From the IMG/VR virus record IMGVR_UViG_3300010885_051426, positions 1,613-65,612 of that record: DNA of 64,000 nucleotides, one strand, 5' to 3'. Positions 28,638 through 39,600 of this stretch are shown here, in pieces (within the stretch, counting starts at the first letter, position 1; the number at the start of each line of letters is the position of its first letter). This DNA is from a virus (taxonomy: Duplodnaviria; Caudoviricetes). The position numbers and the translations under genes are program-made. The notes beneath the pieces are model-generated. The model was not told the DNA's origin, searched no databases, and was given only the letters and a program-made list of their open reading frames with translations.

Positions 28638-29626
28638 TATTTATTTTTTAAAGCATCTATTTCGGATTTTAAAGATTTAACAGCCTCGATCAGATACGCA
28701 GTAAGTTTGGTATACTGTATGCCAGCAGTATGACCATGTTCATCCAGGCTGACTATGTTGGGTAAAATTTTATTAACTTCCTGGGCAATTAATCCAGCTT
28801 CATTTTTTCTGCTGCCATCGCGTCGATCATAGGTCACACCAGTGAGCTGCAGTATGGAATTCAGAGCATCAGTTATGGGCAGAATGTTTTCTTTGTATTC
28901 TGCTGCAGATAATTCAGTTATGGTTCCACCCACAAATAAACTACCAGCTATACCTGCACCACCATTGCAGACAATGGCTCCGCTGGTGACTGAAGTTGAA
29001 CTTGTTGTTGCTATCACTGTCAATGAACTCAGCACCACATTGTTGTTCACACTGATGATGCCAGCATTAATTACTATGCTGGTGTTGTTGGGGCGCGATA
29101 TACCTGCAGATGTAGTATTGGCAGTACTAATGGTGGCCTGACCAATGCTGATTACACCACTGGTGACCAATATGCTGGTGCCGTCTGGTCTGAGTATGCC
29201 AGCCAATGAGCTAGATCCTACGCTGATGTTGGCACTGATCACTCCAGATGTAACTAATATGCTGGTTCCATCAGGTCTTAGTATACCTGCAGTTGAGCTA
29301 GATCCAAGTCTGGCAGCAATGACACCAGACGTAACTAATATGCTGGTGCCATCAGGGCGTACCACACCTATGACCACAGTAGTAGCAGTATTTACATAGG
29401 TGCTGATGTTGGAACTTAGGGTATTTAGATTGGAACTTAATGTACTCAGAGCCGAACTAACAGCTGTTACTGAGGTTTCTGTAGCCAAGGCCACCCCGCC
29501 CTGCAGTATACCGTCCATGACCACCAAGGTGACCTTGCTGGTATCTACAAAAAGCTCACCAGCTGCACCAGTTATACCAGATACCTGGGCTGTGGTTCCT
29601 CTGCGATGTTGTACTATTTTTGGCAT
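28637..29626 (-). CDS. tail fibre with Mtd-N-like head and C-terminal intramolecular chaperone (peptidase S74-like)
   Basis: VQHRRGTTAQ...GAAGELFVDT...VVMDG...GG; C-terminus LSAAEYKENI...GLIAQEV...YTKLTAYLIEAVK. Confidence 0.8.
   Translation of the reverse strand: MPKIVQHRRGTTAQVSGITGAAGELFVDTSKVTLVVMDGILQGGVALATETSVTAVSSALSTLSSNLNTLSSNISTYVNTATTVVIGVVRPDGTSILVTSGVIAARLGSSSTAGILRPDGTSILVTSGVISANISVGSSSLAGILRPDGTSILVTSGVISIGQATISTANTTSAGISRPNNTSIVINAGIISVNNNVVLSSLTVIATTSSTSVTSGAIVCNGGAGIAGSLFVGGTITELSAAEYKENILPITDALNSILQLTGVTYDRRDGSRKNEAGLIAQEVNKILPNIVSLDEHGHTAGIQYTKLTAYLIEAVKSLKSEIDALKNK
29050..29362 (-). repeat. tandem fibre-shaft repeats
   Basis: RPDGTSILVTSGVI three times plus a degenerate RPNNTSIVINAGII. 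Confidence 0.85.
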
Positions 29627-29652
29627 TTTATTTTATTCCTAGAATTCTATAA

Positions 29653-29660
29653 TATTTATA
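29653..29660 (-). promoter_or_regulatory. late promoter for the fibre cassette
   Basis: TATAAATA upstream of the ATG at 29626. Confidence 0.75.
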
Positions 29661-29679
29661 TGTTGTAGTTATCATAAAG

Positions 29680-29763
29680 TTAAATAATTGTAAAGGTTCC
29701 ATCACCTGTGATGCCTGCGACCTGGGCAGTGGTTCCTCTGCGATGTTGTACTATTTTTGGCAT
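29680..29763 (-). pseudogene. 27-aa truncated duplicate of the Mtd-N fibre gene start
   Basis: MPKIVQHRRGTTAQVAGITGDGTFTII*; leader near-identical and first 11 codons identical to 29594-29642. Confidence 0.8.
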
Positions 29764-29775
29764 TTTATTTCATTC

Positions 29776-32700
29776 CTAATTATACTCATCTGCACCACTG
29801 AGAATCTGATAGTCTTCGTTGCTATCTAATAGTTCAAAATCCTGAACCAGACCAGATATAAAATTGTCCTGCGCCTGCAATGGGGTTTCTTTAAACACCC
29901 GATTAAACTCAACCAACCGAATAACATTAGTACTGGTGGTAAACACCACAGCAGCATCTGTAAAATCCTGACTGCTAAAGGTCTGAGTAATTCTCGCAGC
30001 TGGTCCAACTATTCTGCACAGATACACCTGATTGCTGCTGTCTATGGTCTGTATGTTACTGTAAAATATATTTGTGCTGCTGCTGACAACACTGACTGAG
30101 CTCAGATTAAAGTCTGCAAACTGGTTATTGTTGACCTGCATTCTGAATTTATATACACCACCCACAGGGCTGGCATACACACTATAACCAAACACATTTT
30201 TGGTTACATCGTCGTCATAAATTATGGTCTGCACCAGATGTTCACCAAACAGGGGCTGTTCATATACATCACAGACCACATTGCTGGTATAGTCTGGCAG
30301 ATTGCTCAGGGGTGTCATTTCATACCAGCGATTGATGTAATAGGTATTGGGCCTTGGAACATCAAACAGCTCCATGAGTTGGCTGGCATCATCATAGGTG
30401 CTTCTATAAGGCAGGTTACCCGAGGTTAATAACAGACTTCGGAATGATATGGTGCGAACCTTGGTCCAGCTGGGTCGGCGGAAGTCTTCACTGTTGGTTA
30501 TGTAATTGGTTCTGGTCCAGCGTTCGGCTACTGTAGGGTCAGCATTGTAGCCTCGTTTACCTGTCTTGATCATGTAACGTTTTACATTTTCTAGATTATC
30601 GGTTGTACCATTATCGCCAGTCTGGCGACCCATAAACACAAAGTCACTGCCTGTACCTGCAGCCACTGTTGTACCACTAAATTGTATTTGCTGATCTAGT
30701 TTTGCAGTAAACACCTGAATTCGATTTTTTATAAATTCATCTGAGGCCTGTAAAACGTCTAATTTTTGCTGACCAATTAAGAAATCAACGCGTTCGTTTT
30801 CGTCATTATGTAGTCTGGTAGGCCAGATGCTGCGTTGACGGTGTAATGAACCTGTGAACACACGGTCTGTGTCCTGTGGCATGATGTTGAACCCATACTT
30901 ACTGGCCTGTCCACCCACAGTTTTTATATAGGTTAGACTGTTTTTTTCCTGTTCAACCTGATCACCAGTTTCTAATTGCGCACCCCAGGCATAGAATGCA
31001 CCAGTTCCAGAGCCTAGATAAACTTCTGCCAGACTAGAATTCTGCAGTGCAGATATGCGTACAATTTTTTGTCGTGTACTGGGCAATAGGCTCCAGCGTC
31101 TAAGACTTCGTGGATTGTCAGGAGCATTTAACAGCACATCCAGTACAAACATTTCTTCTGGGTTGTCTGTTTCATAGGGCGATAGTCTGGCTGTTAAAGA
31201 ACACAATAACCAACCATCAGTGCTGGCTCGACCTATCTGGGCACTGTCAGCATTGGTGCCTACTACAACACCAGTTTGCAGATCAAAAACAGCATAATAT
31301 TCGTCTGTAACATCGATGCGAACAAACCGTCTGTTTGCTGGTTTTAAATGTATGGCAAAGGCAAATTTTTCCAGATCTGGTAGATCTGCTTCCACAATGG
31401 CTTCTATATAATGTCGACCTACTGTGGTGTCTTCTATAATTAAATCAGCTGCACTTACAGCCTGAGTCTGACTGGTTAATTTGGCTTCTCTGAACCAAGA
31501 GGCTCGACCGGCCGGATTTCTGTACTGGTATCCTTCAAAAATTTCCATGAGGTTGGCAGCTTCATAGGTTGGATCATATACAGTTGTACTGGGGTTGGCA
31601 TAAACCAGATCAGGGAAAGGATAGCTATCACTTTCTACGTCGGTGTTGAATTTTTCCCAATAGTTAGCACCAAATTGTTCACTAAAATAAATTAAATTAG
31701 TTCTCAACAATGGAACGTTGCGATAGGCACCTGAGCCTACACCAATGCCCAGATCTGAACGTAAAGCATCGGGTTCTGTTACAGCATGTGCAAATCCCTG
31801 TACAGGTACTCGAAAAAAGGTGGCTGTTCTGGCCAGGTATTCAGACACTTGTGCAGTGTCTGTTGGTCGTTTAATAAAATAAAAACGATCAACACCCAGC
31901 GTTTTTCTATTGTCAGCACCAACTGTATCAGATACCAGTAATCCCCGAGTAAAGGCTCTTAGAGTCAGGTCTGCAAGTGTAACTGTATCTGCAAAATTAG
32001 TTGGTCTAAATATTTGAAATAATTCTGGTGTATTAACAGCATCAACCAGTAATTTATTTAAATAATAATTCTCAGCACTGCCCATGCTAACAGATAAATT
32101 TGGTGCTTTATTAAACCATAGTATCTCATTATCAGGTGGTGTAATAAAGTCTGTGTTGGCTGTTTTACCCTGATAAAATGTTATTCGATCAAATTGTTCA
32201 AAGGCATCGTCCAGATCTTTGATGGCATTATACAACAACTGATCGCCCAGATCCAGGTTGTCTATCATGCTGGCCGTATCAGCCAGAGATTTCAGTACTG
32301 TAAATAGTAGTTTTTCAAACCCAGCTTCAAATCTATCAGTAACTGCTTTGTTTAAACGCGTGGTTGTGGTGTCTGCATTGACCAATGCATCAGTGAATGG
32401 TTTGGTGGTCCTGAGCTGATCAACTTCGGTTACCACCACTGGTGGGTCTGTTAGTTGTTTTGATGCAAGTTTTGCAATCCTGTCAATATTAGTAGTAGAA
32501 TCTCTTAGTAATTTTGTGCTTAAAAAGCTAATATTTTCCGCAGCATTGTTGCTGACTCTGCCAGGTATGTTTGAACCTATGGTTAAAAATTCACGTATGC
32601 CCTTGTTCAGTGTATAGGTGCTGCCATCTATGAGCGTAAAGTTGTCTATCATGCCAACGTTATCAGCAAATACTCTGAAGGCGCTGAATCTACGGCTCAG

Positions 32701-33123
32701 GCTATCAGCCAAGGTAACTGTATCTTCTGGTTTTCTAGCCAGAATTCTATCCAGTCTTATGGACTCAATGATTGATATCAGATCCTGTTTGATACCAGGT
32801 ACTTGTAATAAGAATGGTCGTTCAGCTATGCTGACAGTATCGTTTACAGCTCTGAGAACCGCAGTTACAAATGATACAATGCTGACATCGGTCAGTGTTA
32901 CTGAGTCGGCAAATCCGCGTCTTGAAATTAAACGCAGTACAATGTCATCCAGACTGCTGTAGGAATCCCTGAGGCCTTTGAGTTGTATTACACTAGGACT
33001 ATCAGAAATAACAACACGTTCCAGTAAGAACCTGTTGTTGGGGATACCAAACGGATCATAAAGAATATGATCTACGAGTTTGGATATGGTTACTCGAACT
33101 TTGGGGATGCGTAAATAACTCAT
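29776..33123 (-). CDS. large repeat-rich virion fibre/spike protein (1115 aa), probably the N-terminal part of a split gene
   Basis: ~20-aa D-x-V-x-x-x-D/E repeats; two RTN(L/Y)I..SE.F...W.K beta-sandwich domains, the second incomplete. Confidence 0.65.
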   Translation of the reverse strand: MSYLRIPKVRVTISKLVDHILYDPFGIPNNRFLLERVVISDSPSVIQLKGLRDSYSSLDDIVLRLISRRGFADSVTLTDVSIVSFVTAVLRAVNDTVSIAERPFLLQVPGIKQDLISIIESIRLDRILARKPEDTVTLADSLSRRFSAFRVFADNVGMIDNFTLIDGSTYTLNKGIREFLTIGSNIPGRVSNNAAENISFLSTKLLRDSTTNIDRIAKLASKQLTDPPVVVTEVDQLRTTKPFTDALVNADTTTTRLNKAVTDRFEAGFEKLLFTVLKSLADTASMIDNLDLGDQLLYNAIKDLDDAFEQFDRITFYQGKTANTDFITPPDNEILWFNKAPNLSVSMGSAENYYLNKLLVDAVNTPELFQIFRPTNFADTVTLADLTLRAFTRGLLVSDTVGADNRKTLGVDRFYFIKRPTDTAQVSEYLARTATFFRVPVQGFAHAVTEPDALRSDLGIGVGSGAYRNVPLLRTNLIYFSEQFGANYWEKFNTDVESDSYPFPDLVYANPSTTVYDPTYEAANLMEIFEGYQYRNPAGRASWFREAKLTSQTQAVSAADLIIEDTTVGRHYIEAIVEADLPDLEKFAFAIHLKPANRRFVRIDVTDEYYAVFDLQTGVVVGTNADSAQIGRASTDGWLLCSLTARLSPYETDNPEEMFVLDVLLNAPDNPRSLRRWSLLPSTRQKIVRISALQNSSLAEVYLGSGTGAFYAWGAQLETGDQVEQEKNSLTYIKTVGGQASKYGFNIMPQDTDRVFTGSLHRQRSIWPTRLHNDENERVDFLIGQQKLDVLQASDEFIKNRIQVFTAKLDQQIQFSGTTVAAGTGSDFVFMGRQTGDNGTTDNLENVKRYMIKTGKRGYNADPTVAERWTRTNYITNSEDFRRPSWTKVRTISFRSLLLTSGNLPYRSTYDDASQLMELFDVPRPNTYYINRWYEMTPLSNLPDYTSNVVCDVYEQPLFGEHLVQTIIYDDDVTKNVFGYSVYASPVGGVYKFRMQVNNNQFADFNLSSVSVVSSSTNIFYSNIQTIDSSNQVYLCRIVGPAARITQTFSSQDFTDAAVVFTTSTNVIRLVEFNRVFKETPLQAQDNFISGLVQDFELLDSNEDYQILSGADEYN

Positions 33124-33129
33124 GGTTAC

Positions 33130-33468
33130 CTACCTGGTAACACGCGGAGTTACTGTTATAATACCCTCTACAGCACGAGTTTTGGTGCCCGTGGTGCCAT
33201 TGGTTAAAACGACATCATACAGATATCTACCATATTTTATGGCAGTACTGCTGGCTGCTGCCAGTGCCAGCACAACCTCACCATTGGTGGGTATGGGTAT
33301 GCTAACTGATAAAACAGCTGTTGAACTAACACTGTCATAGCTACGGCGCATCTGAGCCTGGCCAGTATAACCGGTTAAATCCAATGGGCTAACTATGTCA
33401 GCATAGAGTTTAACCGTAGCCTGAAAATCTGTTCCCTGCTCTAGTACGATGTTTTGTTGAATGGCCAT
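33130..33468 (-). CDS. conserved virion protein
   Basis: NIVLEQGTDF, LDLTGYTGQAQMRRSY, GRYLYDV, RAVEGIITVTPRVT. Confidence 0.65.
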   Translation of the reverse strand: MAIQQNIVLEQGTDFQATVKLYADIVSPLDLTGYTGQAQMRRSYDSVSSTAVLSVSIPIPTNGEVVLALAAASSTAIKYGRYLYDVVLTNGTTGTKTRAVEGIITVTPRVTR

Positions 33469-33692
33469 TACTTATCCAGCAGTTGTTGAAGGAGTTGTCT
33501 GATATCTACAAGAAGGTTCTCATGGTTATTTATACGTTCCTCTAACTGTGATATTTTCTGTTGATGCTGTATACGCGATTGTTTTTGTTCAGTATACTTG
33601 CTAAATGCCTCTGTATCAACATCAACGATGGCATTAGAAATGCAGTCGCGAACCAGGTTGGGATGATCCGCGACTTTTATTCTGTTATGCAT
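33468..33692 (-). CDS. conserved small coiled-coil protein
   Basis: IKVADHPNLVRD..SNAIV followed by a coiled coil; usual neighbour of the VrlC-like gene. Confidence 0.6.
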   Translation of the reverse strand: MHNRIKVADHPNLVRDCISNAIVDVDTEAFSKYTEQKQSRIQHQQKISQLEERINNHENLLVDIRQLLQQLLDK

Positions 33693-36600
33693 GTGCTACA
33701 ACTCTCAGTGTTTTAAACTGAGGAATTCTAGCACCATTGCTGCTGCGCATTACTATTTTAATTTGGAATGCTGTAAACGGTGTTAAATCTACAGGATTTT
33801 CTGTGCTGTCAAGATCGCTGATATTAAATTCAATATCAGTGTACCTGCCCCGTACATCAGATTTAACTATGCTTACATAACTGCTGGTTGCCCCTATGGT
33901 TGTTTGTCGAGGAGCCACAAATTTTTCCCAGACCAGTTTGTTAAAGTCTGTGCTAACGCTACCTGTTTTATAATAAACGTCAAAGTCTGCTGCACTAGGA
34001 ATACAACTCTCAGCAATGATTCTAAGTGCTGTAGCTGGATTTTCTAAATTAATTTTACGTATAATGTATTTACTTTCACCAGATGCATTAATGGTGGTGG
34101 TTTCTTCAGTATAATCATCATACTGGTAAATGGTTATGCCTGGTCCAGAAACCGCTGAGGTTAAAACTGCACTGACATAAACTGTCTGTGCATCTTCACT
34201 AACCCTGGTTACTAAAACCGGTGAACTAGTAAATGTATTAGTACTTTCTGTGCTACCCCTGATGTTTAAATAACGACCTGGAACAACGGCTTCAAAGCCA
34301 CGAATGTCTGTGGTGGTAATAGCCTGTTGATTTCCATCAAAAGCTATGGTTGTACTACTATTGGCAACAGTGGTCATTAAAATAATATTGCTGGTACTGC
34401 CTATGGCTGGTAATGGAACTGGTAATCTGCGGGTTACTGCAGGATTATCAATTCTATGTGTCATAAGATCCAGATACAGAGTAGACAGGTCTATGACCGG
34501 ACTAACGTGATCTGTAGTTGTGCTTAGATTAATAACACCAATAAAGCTGTCAGACCAGTTATTGTTTACACCACCGCTGGTTATGCTCAGAGGATTTACA
34601 CGATCATATTCATTGGTTGCGGTTAAAATTACACAACTGGTGTCTAAAATATTATTGGTGTTGAATTCTAAACTCTTGGTTAAATGTGTATATGGAGTAA
34701 TTGGATCTGCTCCATCATAGGTAAAACTGCGTAATATTTTACCAGTAATGCCCATGTTGGTGGGTTGGAATGACATTATTCTAGCACTAGGTTTAACAAT
34801 ATGATACAACACATTGGCATGACCAATTACGTCTTCACCACCAGATATCAGAGCAGTAACTCCTGTAACAGCAGTTGCACCTAGATTAGCCACACTGCTT
34901 ACTGTAACTTCAAAGGTGTCCATGGTTACACGGCTGGCAGTTAGTTTAAGGTCAATGTCCAGACTTTGGAATTCTGTAAGTGTAGAGCTGATATATTTAC
35001 CAAAAAGTTCACCAACCGGAATATTGGCAATACGAGCATCGTTGTTCAGAGCATATTGACCAGCCCAGTATTTACTAAACAATTTAGTAGTATCACCTGA
35101 ACTAAATCCATGATTTGGTTGTGTAACACGAACTTTGTTACTGCCATGTATGAATGTCAGTGGATTAATTGGTAACTGTTCGGTATCAATGTCTTTGTTG
35201 ACAACATGAACCTGAGCTGGATTTGTGCTGAATACTGCTCGATTGATGTTGAATTTCATGTCACTGAACTGATCTTCAGTCCATAAAGTACCATCCTGAG
35301 ATTTAAAGAAACTACCCAGAGTTGCCTGTGTTGTATAACTGCTGGTAGGAGTATTTACGTCATTCTGTCCCAGTGTGGCAATCCAGATCTTATAGTTCTT
35401 GCTGTCGGTTTTTAATACCACAGCATAATTTTTCTCTGGCATTAAATATACAGGAGTTTTAAATGTAAATTTAGTTGGCGTTTGTGCACGAGTTGCATCT
35501 ACATTTACCTGTTCAGGATACTTAAGTACATCAGAACCTGGAACAATTTCTGTTCCACTGGGTCTGCCTGTGCTGTCGCATGTACGAATTTCTAACTGTA
35601 CAGGCGCCTGTTCGAATACAGGTTTTTGCGCAAAGAAAACATCAACGTCTGTGATAAACGCACCATTTTCAAATTGGCTAGGCAACTTGAAGCTCTGTGC
35701 TACAGGATCATAGGGTCTGGCAGTAAATGTCTTGGTGCTTAGATAATTGGTTGTAACTGTTACTGTGAATCCTTCAACTGTGTATAGGGCATCAGCCTTG
35801 CTGGTCCAATTATCTGGATGATTTTCTGGATCATCGGTCATGACCACGGGTTTCTTACCTGTGATGAATTTCAGGGTGTCGGTGTCTGGTAAATCTAGCA
35901 GACCTACTACTACACCCTTGGCATCTGAATACAGGTTACCATTGGCATCACTGGTGCAGACCTGAGCGGCTGTATAAACTGCTCGTACAAATTTAGGTTC
36001 TTTCTGATCCACGCTTAGGTAGAATGTACCAGCACTATAATCATAGTTGGTTACACTACGAAGGAATTTATCGCTTAATTTTCCGCGACCATTGACTATG
36101 TACAGTGTATTACCATCCTGATATACAGCAACACCAGTACCAACAATGCGATTAACACCGCCAGTTCTTTCGTAGTACCAGACACTGCTGCCCGACGACA
36201 AGGCTGTTCTAAATGCATCGCGATTGGCTGCACTTGGTATGTTTAAATCATTGTCGCGAGGATTTAATGATCTGCGTATCCAACCATTTTCGTCTACCCA
36301 TTGATTGCCTACATTGACTCGAACAGTTCCACGTACATCCACTGTTTCATATGAGCTTCTGTAACGAGGTAATTCATCCTTGAGTGTTCCATTGACTCTG
36401 TTTTGTGTAAATTCTAAAACTGGTAATGAGTCAAAAGTAAATTTAACTGCACCAGTAATGTAATTATCAATTGGTGTGTCATCGAAGAATGTAAAAAATT
36501 TGCCCCGTGGTTTCATGCCTTCGGCAATTAATAATATGCTCTGAGCTCGACAAAATGGAATTAATTCTGTGGTTGAGTTTTGACTCTGCAGGGTCACAGT

Positions 36601-39600
36601 TTCACTCACGTCCAGCTGATATGGTCGCCAGTCTCTGGTTGCTCTATATGCGGCCACGGCCTGTTCAGCTGATGTACCTACTGTTTGTGTTACAATTTTA
36701 TTTTCAATTACATTTTGATAAATGTCCTGATCAGGTATAACTCGCAATTTGCCCAAGAATGTTGCTGTTAGGAATGGTGCCACTGCAATACTAGTTGTAG
36801 CCAGTACCTGTTTGAGTACATTGCTGGTTGTGTAGTATACTGTTAATAAATCGCCAGAAATTTTATAATTGTCTGTGAATCGACCCAGGCGTACTGGATC
36901 TAATTCTGTTGCTGTTGTATTGGCAACTGTATAGTTTAATTTTTCCACCAATGGGAAACTATAGTAATCAACATTGGGATTCATGGTTTGATTTTGGAAA
37001 TCAATGCTGTAACGAGCATCGCCACCATTTTCACCATTGTTGGCATCGGCAAAATTATCAACAAAGAATCCGGTCTTGTAACGTTCTAAAGTGCTGTCCA
37101 GGTTGTCTCGAATTTGCAAACTCTTGGTGGCAGTCTCTAATAGATTTAATGCAGATACTTCTTCAAGTTGCTGAACTCTGCGATTAATACGACCTATGTC
37201 TCGCATGGTATAGCGTTTATTATCATAATTTTTAATTAATACATCAGGATATTCTGATGTTTTAGTATAGGGTTTTAACTCAATATCATATAAATTAATG
37301 CTGTTGTTGTTCTGAGCAACCTTTGGAAATTCTGGTGCCTCTTCACTGACACCACTGACGTTGTAAAATTCTGAGTTTCGATCCAGATAGATTTTTTCTT
37401 TACGACCCAGATAAAAACTAATATCTGCTGTATAATTAGTACCAAAACGAGGAGGTGCTAAACTATCTAAATTACCAGAAGCAACATTAATTTTACTTCT
37501 AAAATCTAAAACATCACCAAGATTGTAGTTATTGTAAACTGGAATGGTTTCGTAAGGAACAACTAATTCATCATAGCTGCTACGAGCAAAAAAGTCACCA
37601 GAACCATGATCAAAATAATCATAAAATACCTTAATACTGCCCGTGGGTGTTGGGAATCCTGGTTGTAAAATAGCCCTACCAACATCATAATAGATGTCTC
37701 GTTGACCATTGTCCAGATAATATCGAGCTGATACATCAGTTGCGTTTGCCTGTGTGGCTGCACTCCAGCTGGCAACAAAACTGCTGGCCATGTAAATTTT
37801 AACAATGCGATAAACATCGCTGCGGGTAAAATTCAGGGTGGCTTTGATGGCTGCACTAGAACTCAGGTATTCATCACTGGCAGAAAATGTCAGTGTTTTG
37901 CTTCGTACATGACCCAGACTGTTGGCACTGTCTGCGCTTCTTTGTACTGGGAAATTAACACGAGCACTGTTGCTGCTAAATGTACTGTTGATGCTTAGAA
38001 TAACTGTTGTACCGCTCAATGTAACATTATTAACTGTTATTGGCGGACTAAGTGAAGCCGCAGTATCTTGTGCAACATAAAAAGCATTGACATCAGTTGT
38101 GGCTAAACTTTCAACTGCAGCATTTAACGAAGGATTGGCAGCTGCTAAATTTACTGATATGCTGCTGCTACCACTGACACCGCTAACAGATTGTGTTTTG
38201 TATATGGTATATACGTTGTCCACGATATTCTGAGTTGCGTTTTTTACAGGGTATATTAATTGAGATGATTTAGTATCAACCAGATTATTGTTTAGTCTAA
38301 ATCCTGGATATATAGTTGAACCACCTAAACCAGTATTAGTAACATCGACATCCAAACACACACCATAGGCAACAGAATTGCTGCTGACCTTGGTTATGAA
38401 TATTCTATTGTTGTTAAGATTAATTAAATCATTGGTGCGAAGTTCAGTTAACATCCTGGCGTCATTTGTGCCTTGAATAATTAATCCACGATGTACGCCA
38501 GCACCAATGGCAAATTGTGCACTGAATGAACCAGTTAATTTACGAGCATTGATACCATACTGATAGCTGTCAAAAACATCACCAACAAAACTGGCAACTG
38601 GGCCTGTATAGTATATGCCTATGGCTGTGGAAGCTGTAATAGTTGATAATGCACTACTGACCAGTACACGTCGATCTCCATTGAAACCTAAAACTGTTCC
38701 TGTTGCACCTATGGTGGCATTTCCCAGATATAAACGATCACCAATACGTAATTCCGAAGTAAATAATGTAGTATTACCAGTTCCCAGACCTATAACTGTT
38801 TGTGCAGGCACTCTTACCAGAACCGCTGTACTGGCTGCCCCAGCCAATGGTTTACCACTTAGATACATGACTGTGTTGCTGCTAATGCCAACAACTGTCC
38901 AGCTGCTGGTTGCGCTATGACCTGCAACACCCAGTGTTATAGTATCCCCAACTCTAAATTCATTGGTAAACGCAGTCAGTGTACCAGTTACACCCATGTA
39001 GGTGGAACCCTGTGAACTTGTGCCTATGGTTCCACTTAAGGTTAAAAATGCACTGGTTGAGTTACCAGCATATCGAACCAAACCAGATAAACTATAACTG
39101 GTGGTTGCTGTACTGGTTGTAGAGTCTGCAACCAACACACAATTGGCATCCTGATCAAAACTGCGATTAGGTTCCATGACAATGTCGCTCAGACCCAGAC
39201 GAATACTACCACGTGCATCGGGCTCAGCCCAGTTTATGCGAGCAACACCAACCTGTTGACCATGACCAAATTTTTGTGTTTCGGCAGTTCTATAACCAAC
39301 TGTACGATCGAATAAAAGCACCTTGCTGCCCTGGCTTAGATTTGGTGTACCCCAGCTATAACGTTTGTCCACATAGATATAGTTGCCCTGTGGAGTCTGT
39401 ATGTTAGCATTGTTCTGACTGCGTATATCTCTGGCTTTGCTAATGGTAACATTGCTGTTAATGGATTTTTGAATTTCATAACCACCAACATAGGCTTTGC
39501 CCAGACCAAAAGTAGCTGTTAAATTACTAGAACTTCCGTTTAAAATATATCCGCCATTGTTGCGGGGATTACCAATGTAGCGCCATTTTGTGCTGCCATC

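Noticed and set aside
28637-29780. Diversity-generating retroelement (Mtd-N domain plus nearby repeat)
   Set aside because: There is no reverse transcriptase in the window, the repeat covers the N-terminus rather than a C-terminal variable region, and the mismatches are mostly synonymous and not adenine-specific.
25538-29786. Precise excision or splicing at the AGTATAAT repeats restoring one fused gene
   Set aside because: Joining at the 8-mer gives ...EYNGTERLNIKHKISKLCR*, out of frame with the 358-aa ORF. The same 8-mer occurs at an ordinary gene start (~24350), and no recombinase or intron features are seen.
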